Source: Candidatus Iainarchaeum sp.
Lineage (GTDB): Archaea; Iainarchaeota; Iainarchaeia; Iainarchaeales; DTGL01
Reading direction: 5' to 3'
Assembly (NCBI GenBank): GCA_038895395.1
Contig: JAWANJ010000001.1
Location: forward strand, 298 to 64,297
DNA: 64,000 bases
The notes under the pieces are model-generated. The model was not told the DNA's origin. It saw only the letters and a program-made list of their open reading frames with translations, and ran no database searches. Each line of letters begins with the position of its first letter. Position 1 is the stretch's first letter. Positions 50,365 through 60,241 of the stretch are shown here, piece by piece. The position numbers and the translations under genes were made by a program.

Positions 50365-51159
50365 ATGAAAAAACTTGAAGAACATTTTGGCAGAGTCTAC
50401 AAATACATACTGGAAAAGATTGAAAGAAAAGAGGGGCTTGTTTTTCTTGTGATTGACCCTCCAAATCAAACACCTGAAACAGCCGGCTTTCTGGCAAAAA
50501 TTGCAGAGAGAGCTGGAATTTCTGCAATAAGCGTAGGTGGCTCAATAGGAGCACAAGGAACATTGCTTGATGACACTATATCAGCAATAAAAGAAAACTG
50601 CAATATACCTGTTATACTTTTTCCAGGAAATATAGCAACTTTATCATCTAAAGCAGACGCGATCTATTTTATGAGCATGCTTAATTCCCTTGATCCTTAC
50701 TATATAAGCGGGGCTCAAATAGCTTCAAGTTACCCTGTTAAAAAATCAGGATTAGAAGTTATACCAACATCTTATGTACTTATTGAGCCTGGGAGAGCAG
50801 CTGGCTGGGTTGGAAGGGCCAAGCTCATCCCGAGAGATATGCCTTATTTGGCAGCATATACTGCCTTAGCAGGGCAATACATGGGTTCTCACATCGTTAT
50901 ACTCGAAGCTGGTGGTGGCGCCAAAGAACATGTGCCACTAGCAATGATTTCAGAAACAAGAGCAACAGTAGACATCCCTATTGTTGTTGCAGGTGGGATA
51001 AAAACAAGCAAACAGGCTTATAACTGTATAAAAGCTGGTGCAGATATAATACACGTGGGAGCAATAATTGAAAAATTGTCTAATGATCCAAAAAAAGCAG
51101 AAAAACACATGCAAAGCCTAGTCAATGCTGCAAAAAATGCAGCAAAAGTTAGAAAATAA
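50365..51159 (+). CDS. geranylgeranylglyceryl phosphate synthase (PcrB/GGGPS family)
   Basis: TIM-barrel PcrB-like sequence with ...VILEAGGGAKEHV... and ...IVVAGGIKT... phosphate-binding segments. 264 aa. Confidence 0.75.
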   Translation: MKKLEEHFGRVYKYILEKIERKEGLVFLVIDPPNQTPETAGFLAKIAERAGISAISVGGSIGAQGTLLDDTISAIKENCNIPVILFPGNIATLSSKADAIYFMSMLNSLDPYYISGAQIASSYPVKKSGLEVIPTSYVLIEPGRAAGWVGRAKLIPRDMPYLAAYTALAGQYMGSHIVILEAGGGAKEHVPLAMISETRATVDIPIVVAGGIKTSKQAYNCIKAGADIIHVGAIIEKLSNDPKKAEKHMQSLVNAAKNAAKVRK

Positions 51160-51197
51160 TGTTTTGGCTTTTTGTAAAAAATCACGAAGGTTAAAAA

Positions 51198-52295
51198 ATG
51201 CCTAACATATTAAGGGCTTACGCGGACCTTAGAGGAATTCCAATAGAAGAAAATGTAGAAGATACTCTAAACAATATATTAGTCAGCTTACAAAATGAAC
51301 CTGAAAATGTTTTTGAGGGTCCTTTCAGAAAAGAGCTGTTGTCTGCCTGTGCAGTTGTTTTAAACGGAATGCCAAAAATAAAAGATCCAGTAAAGCTATT
51401 CAAAAATTTAGTGCTCGCATTCGAAAGGAGGGGCTATTGCATATTTACTAACACAGTCCGACTAGCTTTCAAAAGGCTTTGGGCTGTTGCTAAAAAGCAG
51501 AATAGAACCAATGAAATGATTGCAATATGGCGCACAATAAAAAATCCTTTTGCAAGAGGCGAAAACGCAAGATACTTGCCAAGAGAAGAACTTTTACAAG
51601 CATTAAAAACTAGAGATGATTTTGTGAAAGAAATTGCAGCAGAAACCCTTGTGTCAAGAAAAGATTTTACAATAAAGGAAATTAAAGCACTGCTTTCAGA
51701 AAAAAATTTTTTTATTGTTAAAGGTGCTGCAAATGGCCTAGCTAAAAGACCCGATCTTCCATTGCGCTTTCTTGAAAGCCTACTGTCACACCCTTCAGAA
51801 GAAATTGCTGCCAAGGCCGCATTTGCAATCGCAATTAGAAAAGATATAAATCCAGACTATCTCGAGAAATTAATTTTTTGTAGCAAGTCAAAAAGGTCAA
51901 AGATCAATCATTGCGGTGTTTTATATGGAATTGCCGATGCTATTAGAGAAAGAAAGGATTTGCCTGAAAAGTTTCTGCTAAAACTAATAACCATAAAAAT
52001 TCCAGACAAAGATCTGCTTTATTTGAACTATTATCTCATAAGATACAATGCTGCTTATTCTTTAGCAATGAGTGGTGTCTCTAAAAGCTTTATAAACAAC
52101 CTTTTAAATAGATTTCCAGACGAGTCAATCAGGCGTGCTATAATCGATGCTGAAAAAGCAAAACAAAGAAAAGCAGAAGAAGCTAAGATTGCTATTCTTA
52201 AACACATCAGAGGCAGTCGTGGCAAAAGGAAACGTACAATGGAAAAGCTAACTTCACCTTTAAGAACCAAAAAAATAAAACCTAAGCATGCATAG
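51198..52295 (+). CDS. hypothetical alpha-helical protein, possibly HEAT/PBS-lyase-like repeats
   Basis: Repeated ~30-aa helical units with small-residue cores (VKGAANGLAKR, AAKAAFAIAIRKD). Weak. Confidence 0.35.
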   Translation: MPNILRAYADLRGIPIEENVEDTLNNILVSLQNEPENVFEGPFRKELLSACAVVLNGMPKIKDPVKLFKNLVLAFERRGYCIFTNTVRLAFKRLWAVAKKQNRTNEMIAIWRTIKNPFARGENARYLPREELLQALKTRDDFVKEIAAETLVSRKDFTIKEIKALLSEKNFFIVKGAANGLAKRPDLPLRFLESLLSHPSEEIAAKAAFAIAIRKDINPDYLEKLIFCSKSKRSKINHCGVLYGIADAIRERKDLPEKFLLKLITIKIPDKDLLYLNYYLIRYNAAYSLAMSGVSKSFINNLLNRFPDESIRRAIIDAEKAKQRKAEEAKIAILKHIRGSRGKRKRTMEKLTSPLRTKKIKPKHA

Positions 52296-53202
52296 CTTCT
52301 TCTTTTTTAAAGATTTTGGCAACCTCTCTTACGCCTTTTTTAGCATCCCATTTTGGTTTCCAACCAAGGCTCTTTATCTTGTCTATAGAATAGCACCTGT
52401 TTCTTACAAGTCTTTCAATGTGCTCTGGTGTTACTATAGACTTTCTAAAAAAAATTATGTATAAATAGGCAATAAGTTTGCCGATAAAAATCGGTATCTT
52501 TCTGACTCTGGGCTTTAAGCCAAGTGCCTTTCTAATCTCTATGTAAATTTCTTCTAAAGAGAGCGCATCATCTTCAGCAACAATAAATTTTTCCCCTTCG
52601 GTTGAATCATTCTCAATGCAAAATTTGATAGCATCTACTAGATCATCTATATATATAATTTGCCATTTGTTCTTTCCACTTCCAATTAAAGGAAAACCTT
52701 TCTTCACCAAAGCAAATATCTTTTTCCAATATTCGTTGTTACCTAGCACGATTGCAGGCCTAATTATCGTTACATTTATAAGCTCTTGGTATTCCTCTAC
52801 CTTTTGTTCAGCCAAAGCCTTAGATTTTTCATATCTTGTTTCCGGTTTCAAAGGACTTTCTTCAGTTATCGTTCCTTTTTGATCACCATGTACGCCTGCA
52901 GTGCTTATAAAAATAAATCTATCAACCTTTGATTCGCAAGCAGCCCTTATAATGTTTTCAGTGCCATCAACATTGACACTGAAAAGCATTGGCGAATGCT
53001 CGTCAAGTATTGCCGCGCAATGTACTACGGCATAACAACCTTTTACAGCCTCTTTGCACTCATCGTAGTTCAATATGTTGTTGCCTCTTTTGTAGTCAAA
53101 TTCCTTTACAACAAAACCAACTCTTTTTAGTTCTTTCACAAGTCTCTCTCCAACAAAACCGCTGCTCCCTGTAACAAGGATTTTTTTCTCTTTTGTAGGC
53201 AT
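52282..53202 (-). CDS. NAD-dependent epimerase/dehydratase (extended SDR)
   Basis: N-terminal Rossmann motif VTGSSGFVGERL. Confidence 0.8.
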   Translation of the reverse strand: MPTKEKKILVTGSSGFVGERLVKELKRVGFVVKEFDYKRGNNILNYDECKEAVKGCYAVVHCAAILDEHSPMLFSVNVDGTENIIRAACESKVDRFIFISTAGVHGDQKGTITEESPLKPETRYEKSKALAEQKVEEYQELINVTIIRPAIVLGNNEYWKKIFALVKKGFPLIGSGKNKWQIIYIDDLVDAIKFCIENDSTEGEKFIVAEDDALSLEEIYIEIRKALGLKPRVRKIPIFIGKLIAYLYIIFFRKSIVTPEHIERLVRNRCYSIDKIKSLGWKPKWDAKKGVREVAKIFKKEEAMHA

Positions 53203-53279
53203 ACTAAAAATAAAATGGCAAATTATTAATAAGACTTCTTAAATTCTTGTTAAAAAAATATTCGCCCTGAAACAATATT

Positions 53280-54329
53280 ATGGAAGAGCTTGATTGTTCA
53301 TTTGGTGAAGGCGGTGGACAGATAGTCAGAACAGCGCTTGCTTTGGCTGCTCTAACCGGGAAAAGCATAAAGTTAAAAAACATAAGAGCAAAAAGGCCTA
53401 AGCCAGGCCTAATGCCACAGCATCTAACAGCAGTAAAAACACTTGCAAGCATATGTGGTGCCGAACTTAAAGGCGCTTACCTCGGAAGTGAAAATCTTAC
53501 CTTTATACCGAAAAAAATTCATAGCGCCAATCTAACTGCAAACATAGGCACTGCAGGAAGTACTTCTCTTTTAATTCAGCAAGTTTTGCCCGTATCACTT
53601 GCAGCTTATATAAAATTGCGAGTTTTGGGTGGTACTGACGTAAACTTTGCTCCAAGTGCAAAATATCTTCAAAAGGTTACTTTTAGCTTTCTGAGTAAAA
53701 TGGGGGCTAAGATATCTTTAGATATTATTTCTAGAGGCTATTTTCCAAAAGGTAAAGGGTCTGTTATATTTCAATCAGAGCCAAGCTTTCCATTAAAACC
53801 TTTAAATTTGACTTCTAGAGGTGAGTTAATCTCAATACATTGCTTTTCTCACTGTGCAGGTATGCCTTCAAAAGTTGCAGCAGATATGGCAAAGATTGCA
53901 AAAAAGTACCTTCAAGATTTTGTTGGGGACTTTGAATGGCAAGAGACAATAGAAGCAAAATCCGAAAGCAAAGAAATAAAAGGTTTAGGTATTGATATTT
54001 TCGCAAACTACAGAAACTGCGTACTTGGGGCTAGTTATTCCGCACCACAAGGCACCTCTGCAGATAGTGTTGCAAAAAAAGCAGCCTTTGAACTTGTAAA
54101 TGAAATTAATTCACTTGCACCTTTTGACTCGCACATGATTGATCAAATAATACCTTTTTTAGCACTTGCACAAGGCAAAAGCATGGTATACGGTAAAATG
54201 ACAGACCACACAAAAACAAATATAGAAATAACTGAAAGATTACTTTCAGTCAAGTTTGATATTAAAGAAGATAATGGTTTCGCTTTAATCTCAGTTGACG
54301 GTGTTTCATTCACTAACCCTTCGTTGTAA
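53280..54329 (+). CDS. rtcA: RNA 3'-terminal phosphate cyclase
   Basis: FGEGGGQIVRTALALAALTGKSIKLKNIRAKRPKPGL matches the RtcA N-terminal signature. Confidence 0.85.
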   Translation: MEELDCSFGEGGGQIVRTALALAALTGKSIKLKNIRAKRPKPGLMPQHLTAVKTLASICGAELKGAYLGSENLTFIPKKIHSANLTANIGTAGSTSLLIQQVLPVSLAAYIKLRVLGGTDVNFAPSAKYLQKVTFSFLSKMGAKISLDIISRGYFPKGKGSVIFQSEPSFPLKPLNLTSRGELISIHCFSHCAGMPSKVAADMAKIAKKYLQDFVGDFEWQETIEAKSESKEIKGLGIDIFANYRNCVLGASYSAPQGTSADSVAKKAAFELVNEINSLAPFDSHMIDQIIPFLALAQGKSMVYGKMTDHTKTNIEITERLLSVKFDIKEDNGFALISVDGVSFTNPSL

Positions 54330-54393
54330 AATAATAACATTAACTAATAAAAATAAAAATTTCACAAAGTGTTGAAATGTTTTTATCTAAAAA

Positions 54394-56415
54394 ATGAGCT
54401 ATTTATCTTGCGATAACTTTTTATATACCTGTGGTATATATGTGTATAGAATTTTAAATGGTGATTTAATGGTCCAGCTTTTTGTCCCTGGGAAGAAAGA
54501 TGTAATTTCTGAAAAGATAAAACCTTTGGAAGAAAAATTTGATCTCATAAAGCAAAGGATTATTGATGAAAACATACAAGATGATAATGTAAGTGCCTTT
54601 CTCTATCAATTCGAAAAAGAGCTAGAAAAAGCCAGAGCAGGTGATGAAAGTGCTTTGAAGAGAGCTGCACTAATTGCAAACACACTAGAAGAACAAATAC
54701 AACAATTATCCCAAAAATATACTTTGGATGAGCTTAGAAGTAAAATAAGGAAACCAATTATTGAGGCACAAGTAAATGCAGAAATCACCCAAAAGCAAAC
54801 CCAGCCTAAAGAAGAGGTTTTTAATAATGCGCAAGGCGTAGTAAAACCAACTGAAGAAGAAATTAAAACAAAAGAGGCCTTGCCTAAAGAAGAGCCTAAA
54901 ACACCAAAAACTTCTTTAAAGGAACAAGAAACTGAAGCAAAGGAAGAACTAGCTAAATACACCAAAGATATTTTTGAACCTATAATTGAAGAGAAGCCAA
55001 CATATGAGGCTGAAAAGGAAGAGATTCCTGAGGAGCTTTTGGAGAAACCTTTGACTGCAGAGGAAATTGAAGAGGAAGAACGACTAACTCGTGCTTTAAA
55101 AGAAGAGGCAGAAGAACTTGTAGAAAATGTTGAAGAAGAACAAAAAGAAGAGCAAACACTATCTGAAGAACAACCTTTGATACAAACTGAGAAAAAGCCA
55201 AAGAAAAGCAAGCACAAGCCAAGCATTTCAATAGCATCTTTTGACAAGGAAACTGCTGAAGCTATATTTAAAAAATCACTGGATCTTATCAAAAAGTCTC
55301 AGCTAGAAACAGGTGGTATAACAGTAGGTACAACCACATCTCTTCACTATATTTATCCAAGAGCTCACTTGCTATCGACTCTTGGGTTGATTCGTGCGGG
55401 AAAATATGAAGAAGCAAAGAAAGCATTGCTGTTTGCAATAAAGGGTCAAAACAAGCATACGGGTGCACTGCCTCAAAGATGGGACTATAATGGTAATGAT
55501 GTAAGTTATCGCAAAGTAGAACCTGACTGTACAGCACTTTTCTTGTATGTTTTTGCAGATTATGTACTGAAAAGCTCTGATTATGAATTTGCAGAACATT
55601 ACTGGGAAAGAATTGAAAAGGCCATCGACTTTATTGATTCTAAGATAGTACCTGGCAAAAACCTTGTGTTAACTCCAGCATCTATTCACGAATATCCTCC
55701 AATGGATGCAGGCTATGAAATTTGGTGTAATGCAGTTTGTGGAGCGGCTTTTAGAGACATAAGCATTGTTGCTGACAGAATAAGACTCCAGCATCGTGCC
55801 TTAGATAAGCAAAATCTCTTACGTGAAGCCATAATGTCTTTCATGTGGAACAGTCGCTTAAACACATTCATAAAAACAATAAAGGTCGAAGACGCTACGA
55901 GTGTTATCCTAGGTCCAGACGCTTCTGTATTGGCTCTTTCCTTCTTTAATATATTCCCACCAACAGATGATAGGCTAAAGAGCACAGTGGAATTTACATC
56001 AAAGAACTTGAAATATCAGCCATTAGGTGGCATAATGGATTATCCACCAACTTATGGCCAAGAGAATAGTGGCACAGGAGCAAACACTCTATTTACGCTA
56101 CTCCTTACAGATTATTACATCTCTCAAAACAACTTTGAAGAGGCAAAGAGCTACCTGCAATGGGCTCTAAGTGTAGCTTATGATGGAAAACTTCCAAAGT
56201 ATATAGCAACGGTAGAGGATTTCGAAGCACTTGTTTCCGACCTCAACGATGCTGGCCTATTAGATCGAGAAACCCTTTCTATGATTGAAAACACAAGAAA
56301 GCATCCTGACTATTCAAATAGCATAGCACACATACTCGAACCATACTTGCCAGCACATAGCATGTACGTAGTTGTGTGGGAGCATTTCAAGTCACAATTT
56401 GGAGACAAAATATAA
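54394..56415 (+). CDS. fusion protein: N-terminal coiled coil + E/K-rich acidic linker + C-terminal six-hairpin (glucoamylase/GH15-like) glycosidase domain
   Basis: Residues ~120-270 are low-complexity EEKPKT-type. The C-terminal 400 aa shows (alpha/alpha)6 glucoamylase-like character. The true start may be the Met at 54469. Confidence 0.45.
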   Translation: MSYLSCDNFLYTCGIYVYRILNGDLMVQLFVPGKKDVISEKIKPLEEKFDLIKQRIIDENIQDDNVSAFLYQFEKELEKARAGDESALKRAALIANTLEEQIQQLSQKYTLDELRSKIRKPIIEAQVNAEITQKQTQPKEEVFNNAQGVVKPTEEEIKTKEALPKEEPKTPKTSLKEQETEAKEELAKYTKDIFEPIIEEKPTYEAEKEEIPEELLEKPLTAEEIEEEERLTRALKEEAEELVENVEEEQKEEQTLSEEQPLIQTEKKPKKSKHKPSISIASFDKETAEAIFKKSLDLIKKSQLETGGITVGTTTSLHYIYPRAHLLSTLGLIRAGKYEEAKKALLFAIKGQNKHTGALPQRWDYNGNDVSYRKVEPDCTALFLYVFADYVLKSSDYEFAEHYWERIEKAIDFIDSKIVPGKNLVLTPASIHEYPPMDAGYEIWCNAVCGAAFRDISIVADRIRLQHRALDKQNLLREAIMSFMWNSRLNTFIKTIKVEDATSVILGPDASVLALSFFNIFPPTDDRLKSTVEFTSKNLKYQPLGGIMDYPPTYGQENSGTGANTLFTLLLTDYYISQNNFEEAKSYLQWALSVAYDGKLPKYIATVEDFEALVSDLNDAGLLDRETLSMIENTRKHPDYSNSIAHILEPYLPAHSMYVVVWEHFKSQFGDKI

Positions 56416-56432
56416 TATAAGCATTTTTTTTA

Positions 56433-57044
56433 CTAGGTCTTTATTACCTTACCAACCTCTCTTTTTACGCTTTCAAAAACTTCGTCAGTTGTTTTGTTTG
56501 CATCAATTATTTTTATGTTCTCATCTGGCAAAATGTCTGGAAGTCTCAAATAAACACTTCTTACGTCTGCCAAGAAATCTTTTTTTTCAAATTTTTCCCT
56601 GGTTTTTCTTTCTGCACTCATTCTTGCCATAGCAATGTCAACATCTACGTCGAGTATAAGCACAAGATCTGGGATAAGCATCCTTTTATGTGCTGCTATG
56701 ATTTTTTCTATGGGAATTCCTTGTGTGTGCTGATAGCATATTGTAGAATACTTGTATCTGTCGCATAAAACTATTGAATTCAAACGAAGTGCCGGTTTTA
56801 TCACATTTTCAATATGTTGTTTTCGATCTTCTAAATATAAACTTAGCATGAGCTTTGCCTTTTCACTAGGCTCTTTATCCAACCTCAATATATTCCTTAT
56901 ATGTTTCCCAGCACCTGAATAAGTGGGCTCTCTGGTCAGCAATATATTGTCAAATTCCATAGAAAAAAGCCACTTTGCTGTAAGACTTAACATAGTACCT
57001 TTTCCACAACCGTCTATACCTTCAAAAACTATAAACTTTCCCAT
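56433..57044 (-). CDS. tmk: thymidylate kinase
   Basis: P-loop FIVFEGIDGCGKGT. Confidence 0.85.
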   Translation of the reverse strand: MGKFIVFEGIDGCGKGTMLSLTAKWLFSMEFDNILLTREPTYSGAGKHIRNILRLDKEPSEKAKLMLSLYLEDRKQHIENVIKPALRLNSIVLCDRYKYSTICYQHTQGIPIEKIIAAHKRMLIPDLVLILDVDVDIAMARMSAERKTREKFEKKDFLADVRSVYLRLPDILPDENIKIIDANKTTDEVFESVKREVGKVIKT

Positions 57045-57123
57045 CCCAACCACAAGAGTATTAGAACAAAAATATATAAAAATCAATTCAATAAAGAATC
57101 AATAAGTAAAAATAAAAATGCAA

Positions 57124-57195
57124 GCGGCTGTGGTCTAATGGCAGGATACCAGCTTCCCAAGCTGGTTGTCCGGGTTCAAATCCCGGCAGCCGCAA
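57124..57195 (+). tRNA. tRNA-Gly (CCC)
   Basis: GCGGCTG...CAGCCGC acceptor, anticodon arm CCAGC-TTCCCAA-GCTGG, T arm CCGGGTTCAAATCCCGG. Confidence 0.9.
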
Positions 57196-57214
57196 AATTT
57201 GGTGGTGTTTTAAA

Positions 57215-57757
57215 TTGGATGACTTTTTCAATGATGAAAATGAAGAACTTGAGTATTTTGACTCTGCAGGATTTTTCAAAGGTTTTTCGAATAGAAAAAC
57301 TATCCATGAAAATGGCTTTTGGCATAAAGGGGTTCATGTTTGGGTTTTTAACAGCAAAGGACAACTTTTCCTAAAAAAAAGATCTAAATACAAGAAGATA
57401 CACCCTTTACACTGGGAAGACGTTGGAGAACACCTAAAACCAAATGAAGACTTTAAAGACGCGGCGTTAAGGGGCTTAAAAGAGGAACTTAACGTTGATG
57501 AGAGCAAAATAAAAGAATTGTATAAAGTTAAAAGTTTGAAGATGGAGTTTGGTAAAGATCGCGAGTTCATAGAGCTTTGGTTTTGCGTATATGATGGTCC
57601 TTTACAAGAATCTAAAGAAAGTTTTGGTGGGAGATTTTTTGAAATTGAAGAAATTAAAAACATGCTAAAAAACAGATCGATGATTACACCATGGTTTAAG
57701 GAACTTTTTTACTGGTGTTTGAAGGAAGTAGCATGGCCAAAGAAAAAATTTCAATGA
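57215..57757 (+). CDS. Nudix hydrolase with features of type-1 isopentenyl-diphosphate isomerase
   Basis: Nudix-like box GEHLKPNEDFKDAALRGLKEELNV. N-terminal H-x2-G-x3-H (IHENGFWHKG), KRSKYKKIHPLHW, EFIE and C-terminal ITPWFKELFYW parallel IDI-1 landmarks. The IDI-1 catalytic Cys is not present. Confidence 0.5.
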   Translation: MDDFFNDENEELEYFDSAGFFKGFSNRKTIHENGFWHKGVHVWVFNSKGQLFLKKRSKYKKIHPLHWEDVGEHLKPNEDFKDAALRGLKEELNVDESKIKELYKVKSLKMEFGKDREFIELWFCVYDGPLQESKESFGGRFFEIEEIKNMLKNRSMITPWFKELFYWCLKEVAWPKKKFQ

Positions 57758-58098
57758 AGGAAGAGATGCGCATAGTTGCCTTGAATCGAATCCACAAACT
57801 TTTTGAACAAGCTGAAAAAAATTTTACTCAAAGGCCTGACAGAAGCAAGCGTTATGTTGAACTTGCAAGAAAAATAGCAATGCGCCATAATATTAAATTT
57901 GATGTTAAGCTTAAAAAAAAGTTTTGTAAAAAATGCGGTGCATATCTTGTAATTGGAAAAAACGCAAAGATCAGAGTTTCTGGAAGATTATTAAAGATAA
58001 CATGTTGCGAGTGTAACTTCACGAGAAAAATTGGGTTAAAAGAGAAAAAGAGCACTAAAGATGTCGGGAAAAACATACGAAATAACGATCCCAAATAA
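57733..58098 (+). CDS. rnp4: RNase P protein component 4 (Rpp21/Rpr2)
   Basis: ...RYVELARKIAMRHNIKF...CKKCGAYLVIGKNAKIRVSGRLLKITCCECNF, the Rpr2 Zn-ribbon signature. Confidence 0.7.
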   Translation: MAKEKISMKEEMRIVALNRIHKLFEQAEKNFTQRPDRSKRYVELARKIAMRHNIKFDVKLKKKFCKKCGAYLVIGKNAKIRVSGRLLKITCCECNFTRKIGLKEKKSTKDVGKNIRNNDPK

Positions 58099-58863
58099 AA
58101 GAAAAGGAGCAAAAGGTGGTAGATTCCTGTAAACAGGAACTTTCTTTACGCCTTTTCTTTTCAAAAGCTTTTTGTCTTTTTCTGAGATTACTCCCTTAAA
58201 ACCACCAAATAGCTTTGCTAGATTAGTATCCAAATGTTCCTTGGCTATGATTTCGTCCTCTTCAAGTGCATCCACATTTACCCAATGAAGAAACAAAGTA
58301 TCTTGTATCTGTGTTCTGAAAGATAAAAAAATAATTGATAAAAATAGTGGTATTGACATAAGCGCAAGCGCGACTATGCTAATTGCGTTAAACACAAAGT
58401 AAAGCAAGTAAAAATAAAACATCAAAAATAGCCCCAAAATCGAAGCAATAAAAAAATCTTTTCCTATGATTAACTTTTTTTTCTTATTATTCAAAAACTT
58501 TACAATGCTTGCTGCAGATATTATGCCTGTACTCGTAAGTGACGCAACTAGCACAACATTGAAAAAAAATGGTTGTCCTTTGTAAAAAGGTAACAAAAGC
58601 GATAGCCCCACTAAGAACTTTACATCTCCTCCGCCTATTTTGCCTGCATAATATAGCAAATAAGTAAAACAAAAAACAAAGGCGGGTATCAAAAGAACGA
58701 TCGGATCTTCACCTAAAAAAACATCCAGGATAATAAAAAGCAACCCACTTGTTATCATTGGATACGTAACCTTATCATATATTAAGCCTTTTCTTATGTC
58801 GGTATATGCTGACACTAAAGCACAAATAAATGCAATAAAAAACCTTGCCTCTTCAAGCAACAT
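58036..58863 (-). CDS. A24-family prepilin/preflagellin peptidase-like membrane protein
   Basis: Polytopic membrane protein with the two catalytic-Asp contexts: ...AYTDIRKGLIYDKV... and ...GKIGGGDVKFLVG... (GxGDxK). Confidence 0.55.
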   Translation of the reverse strand: MLLEEARFFIAFICALVSAYTDIRKGLIYDKVTYPMITSGLLFIILDVFLGEDPIVLLIPAFVFCFTYLLYYAGKIGGGDVKFLVGLSLLLPFYKGQPFFFNVVLVASLTSTGIISAASIVKFLNNKKKKLIIGKDFFIASILGLFLMFYFYLLYFVFNAISIVALALMSIPLFLSIIFLSFRTQIQDTLFLHWVNVDALEEDEIIAKEHLDTNLAKLFGGFKGVISEKDKKLLKRKGVKKVPVYRNLPPFAPFLLFGIVISYVFPDIFSALFLF

Positions 58864-58864
58864 G

Positions 58865-60241
58865 CTATCGCCAGAACTTTTTTCTCTTCTTTATTGAAAA
58901 TTTTTTAAGAATCTTTTCCATATCAATATCTTCTAAAGACTCTCTATTTGCAAACTTTTTCAATTTATTAAACATCCTTTCCATCTTTTTGTAATTTCTT
59001 AGAAGCTCTCTAACACTGGCCTCAGTGCTTCCAGAACCTCTGGCTATGCGCTTTATTCTGCTACTGTTTATTATATCTGGGTTTTTTCTTTCTTGTATTG
59101 TCATTGAATCCATTATTATTTTAAATCTCTTAAGTTTTTCTTCAGTTATTTCAATTTCCTCCTTTGGTAGTGCTTGCTTAAGGCCGAGCATCTCAGCTAT
59201 TTTGTCCAACGGACCCATGCTCATTGTAGCTTTCAGTTGCTTATAAAATATATCTAAGTTAAAGTCCTCCCCAATAAGCTCCTCTGGGCTTTCTATATCA
59301 ATTTCTTTAGCCTTTTCTAGTAAACCTTGAAGATCGGGGTACCCCATTATTCTTGCAATATATCGTTTTGCATCAAAAATTTCCAAGTCCTCTATCTTTT
59401 CACCAGTTCCTATGAAATAAACAGGTGCTTTTGTTTCTGCACATGCTGCTAAAGTGCTTCCAGCTTTAGCCGAGCCATCTGCTTTGGCTATTATTATTCC
59501 GTTAACACCAACAGCTTCGTGAAATGCCTTTGCTTGTTTTTTAGCTAACTGTCCAATATCAGCACTGAGCACAAGCCAAATCTGATCTGGTTTTAGTACA
59601 TCCTTTACTTCTTTAATCTCTTGAACCAACTCAGGGTCAAGTGCTGATCTTCCTGCAGAGTCGACAATTATAAGGCCTTTCTTTTTGAAAACTTCAACTC
59701 CTTGTTCAACAATCTTTTTAGCGCTTTTTTCACCTTTTATGCCAAAAAAATCAACTTCAATCTTCTCTGCAAGCTGTTTCAGTTGTTCGTAACTAGCAGG
59801 CCTATGAACATCAGCACATATCAATGCAACACTCAGGCCCCTCTTTTTGTAAAACCTCGCGAGCTTTGCAGCAGTTGTTGTCTTCCCTTGACCAAACAGG
59901 CCTAGCAAAAGTATGGTCTTAGGCCTTTCAGGAACTTTTGGAGAACCACCCAAAAGAGCAGAAAGTAGCTCATAGGTATTCTTTATTATAAATTCTTTTC
60001 TAGTGAGATTTTCAGGTGGTTTTTTCTTTGACAGAGCACGAATCTCATTGGTTAGGTTATATACTAGGTTTACATCAACGTCACTGGCAATTAGTGCTCT
60101 TTGAATATCTCTTATAGATTCCTCAATAGTGTCATCACTTAAAAACTTAGCACTGCTGATCTTGTCTATTGCTTTTCTAAGACCTTCGCCAAGCATAATG
60201 AAATAAGCAAGGCAAAATATTAAAATAAGGTCTTTAATCAA
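58865..60241 (-). CDS. srp54: signal recognition particle protein SRP54
   Basis: NG domain with GLFGQGKTTTAAKLA, DTAGR motif and a Met-rich M domain. Confidence 0.9.
   Translation of the reverse strand: MIKDLILIFCLAYFIMLGEGLRKAIDKISSAKFLSDDTIEESIRDIQRALIASDVDVNLVYNLTNEIRALSKKKPPENLTRKEFIIKNTYELLSALLGGSPKVPERPKTILLLGLFGQGKTTTAAKLARFYKKRGLSVALICADVHRPASYEQLKQLAEKIEVDFFGIKGEKSAKKIVEQGVEVFKKKGLIIVDSAGRSALDPELVQEIKEVKDVLKPDQIWLVLSADIGQLAKKQAKAFHEAVGVNGIIIAKADGSAKAGSTLAACAETKAPVYFIGTGEKIEDLEIFDAKRYIARIMGYPDLQGLLEKAKEIDIESPEELIGEDFNLDIFYKQLKATMSMGPLDKIAEMLGLKQALPKEEIEITEEKLKRFKIIMDSMTIQERKNPDIINSSRIKRIARGSGSTEASVRELLRNYKKMERMFNKLKKFANRESLEDIDMEKILKKFSIKKRKKFWR

Noticed and set aside
54606-55292. 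228-aa Ser-rich minus-strand ORF
   Set aside because: Mirror image of the E/K-rich low-complexity linker of the 54394..56415 gene, so its Ser-rich composition is explained by the sense-strand repeat.
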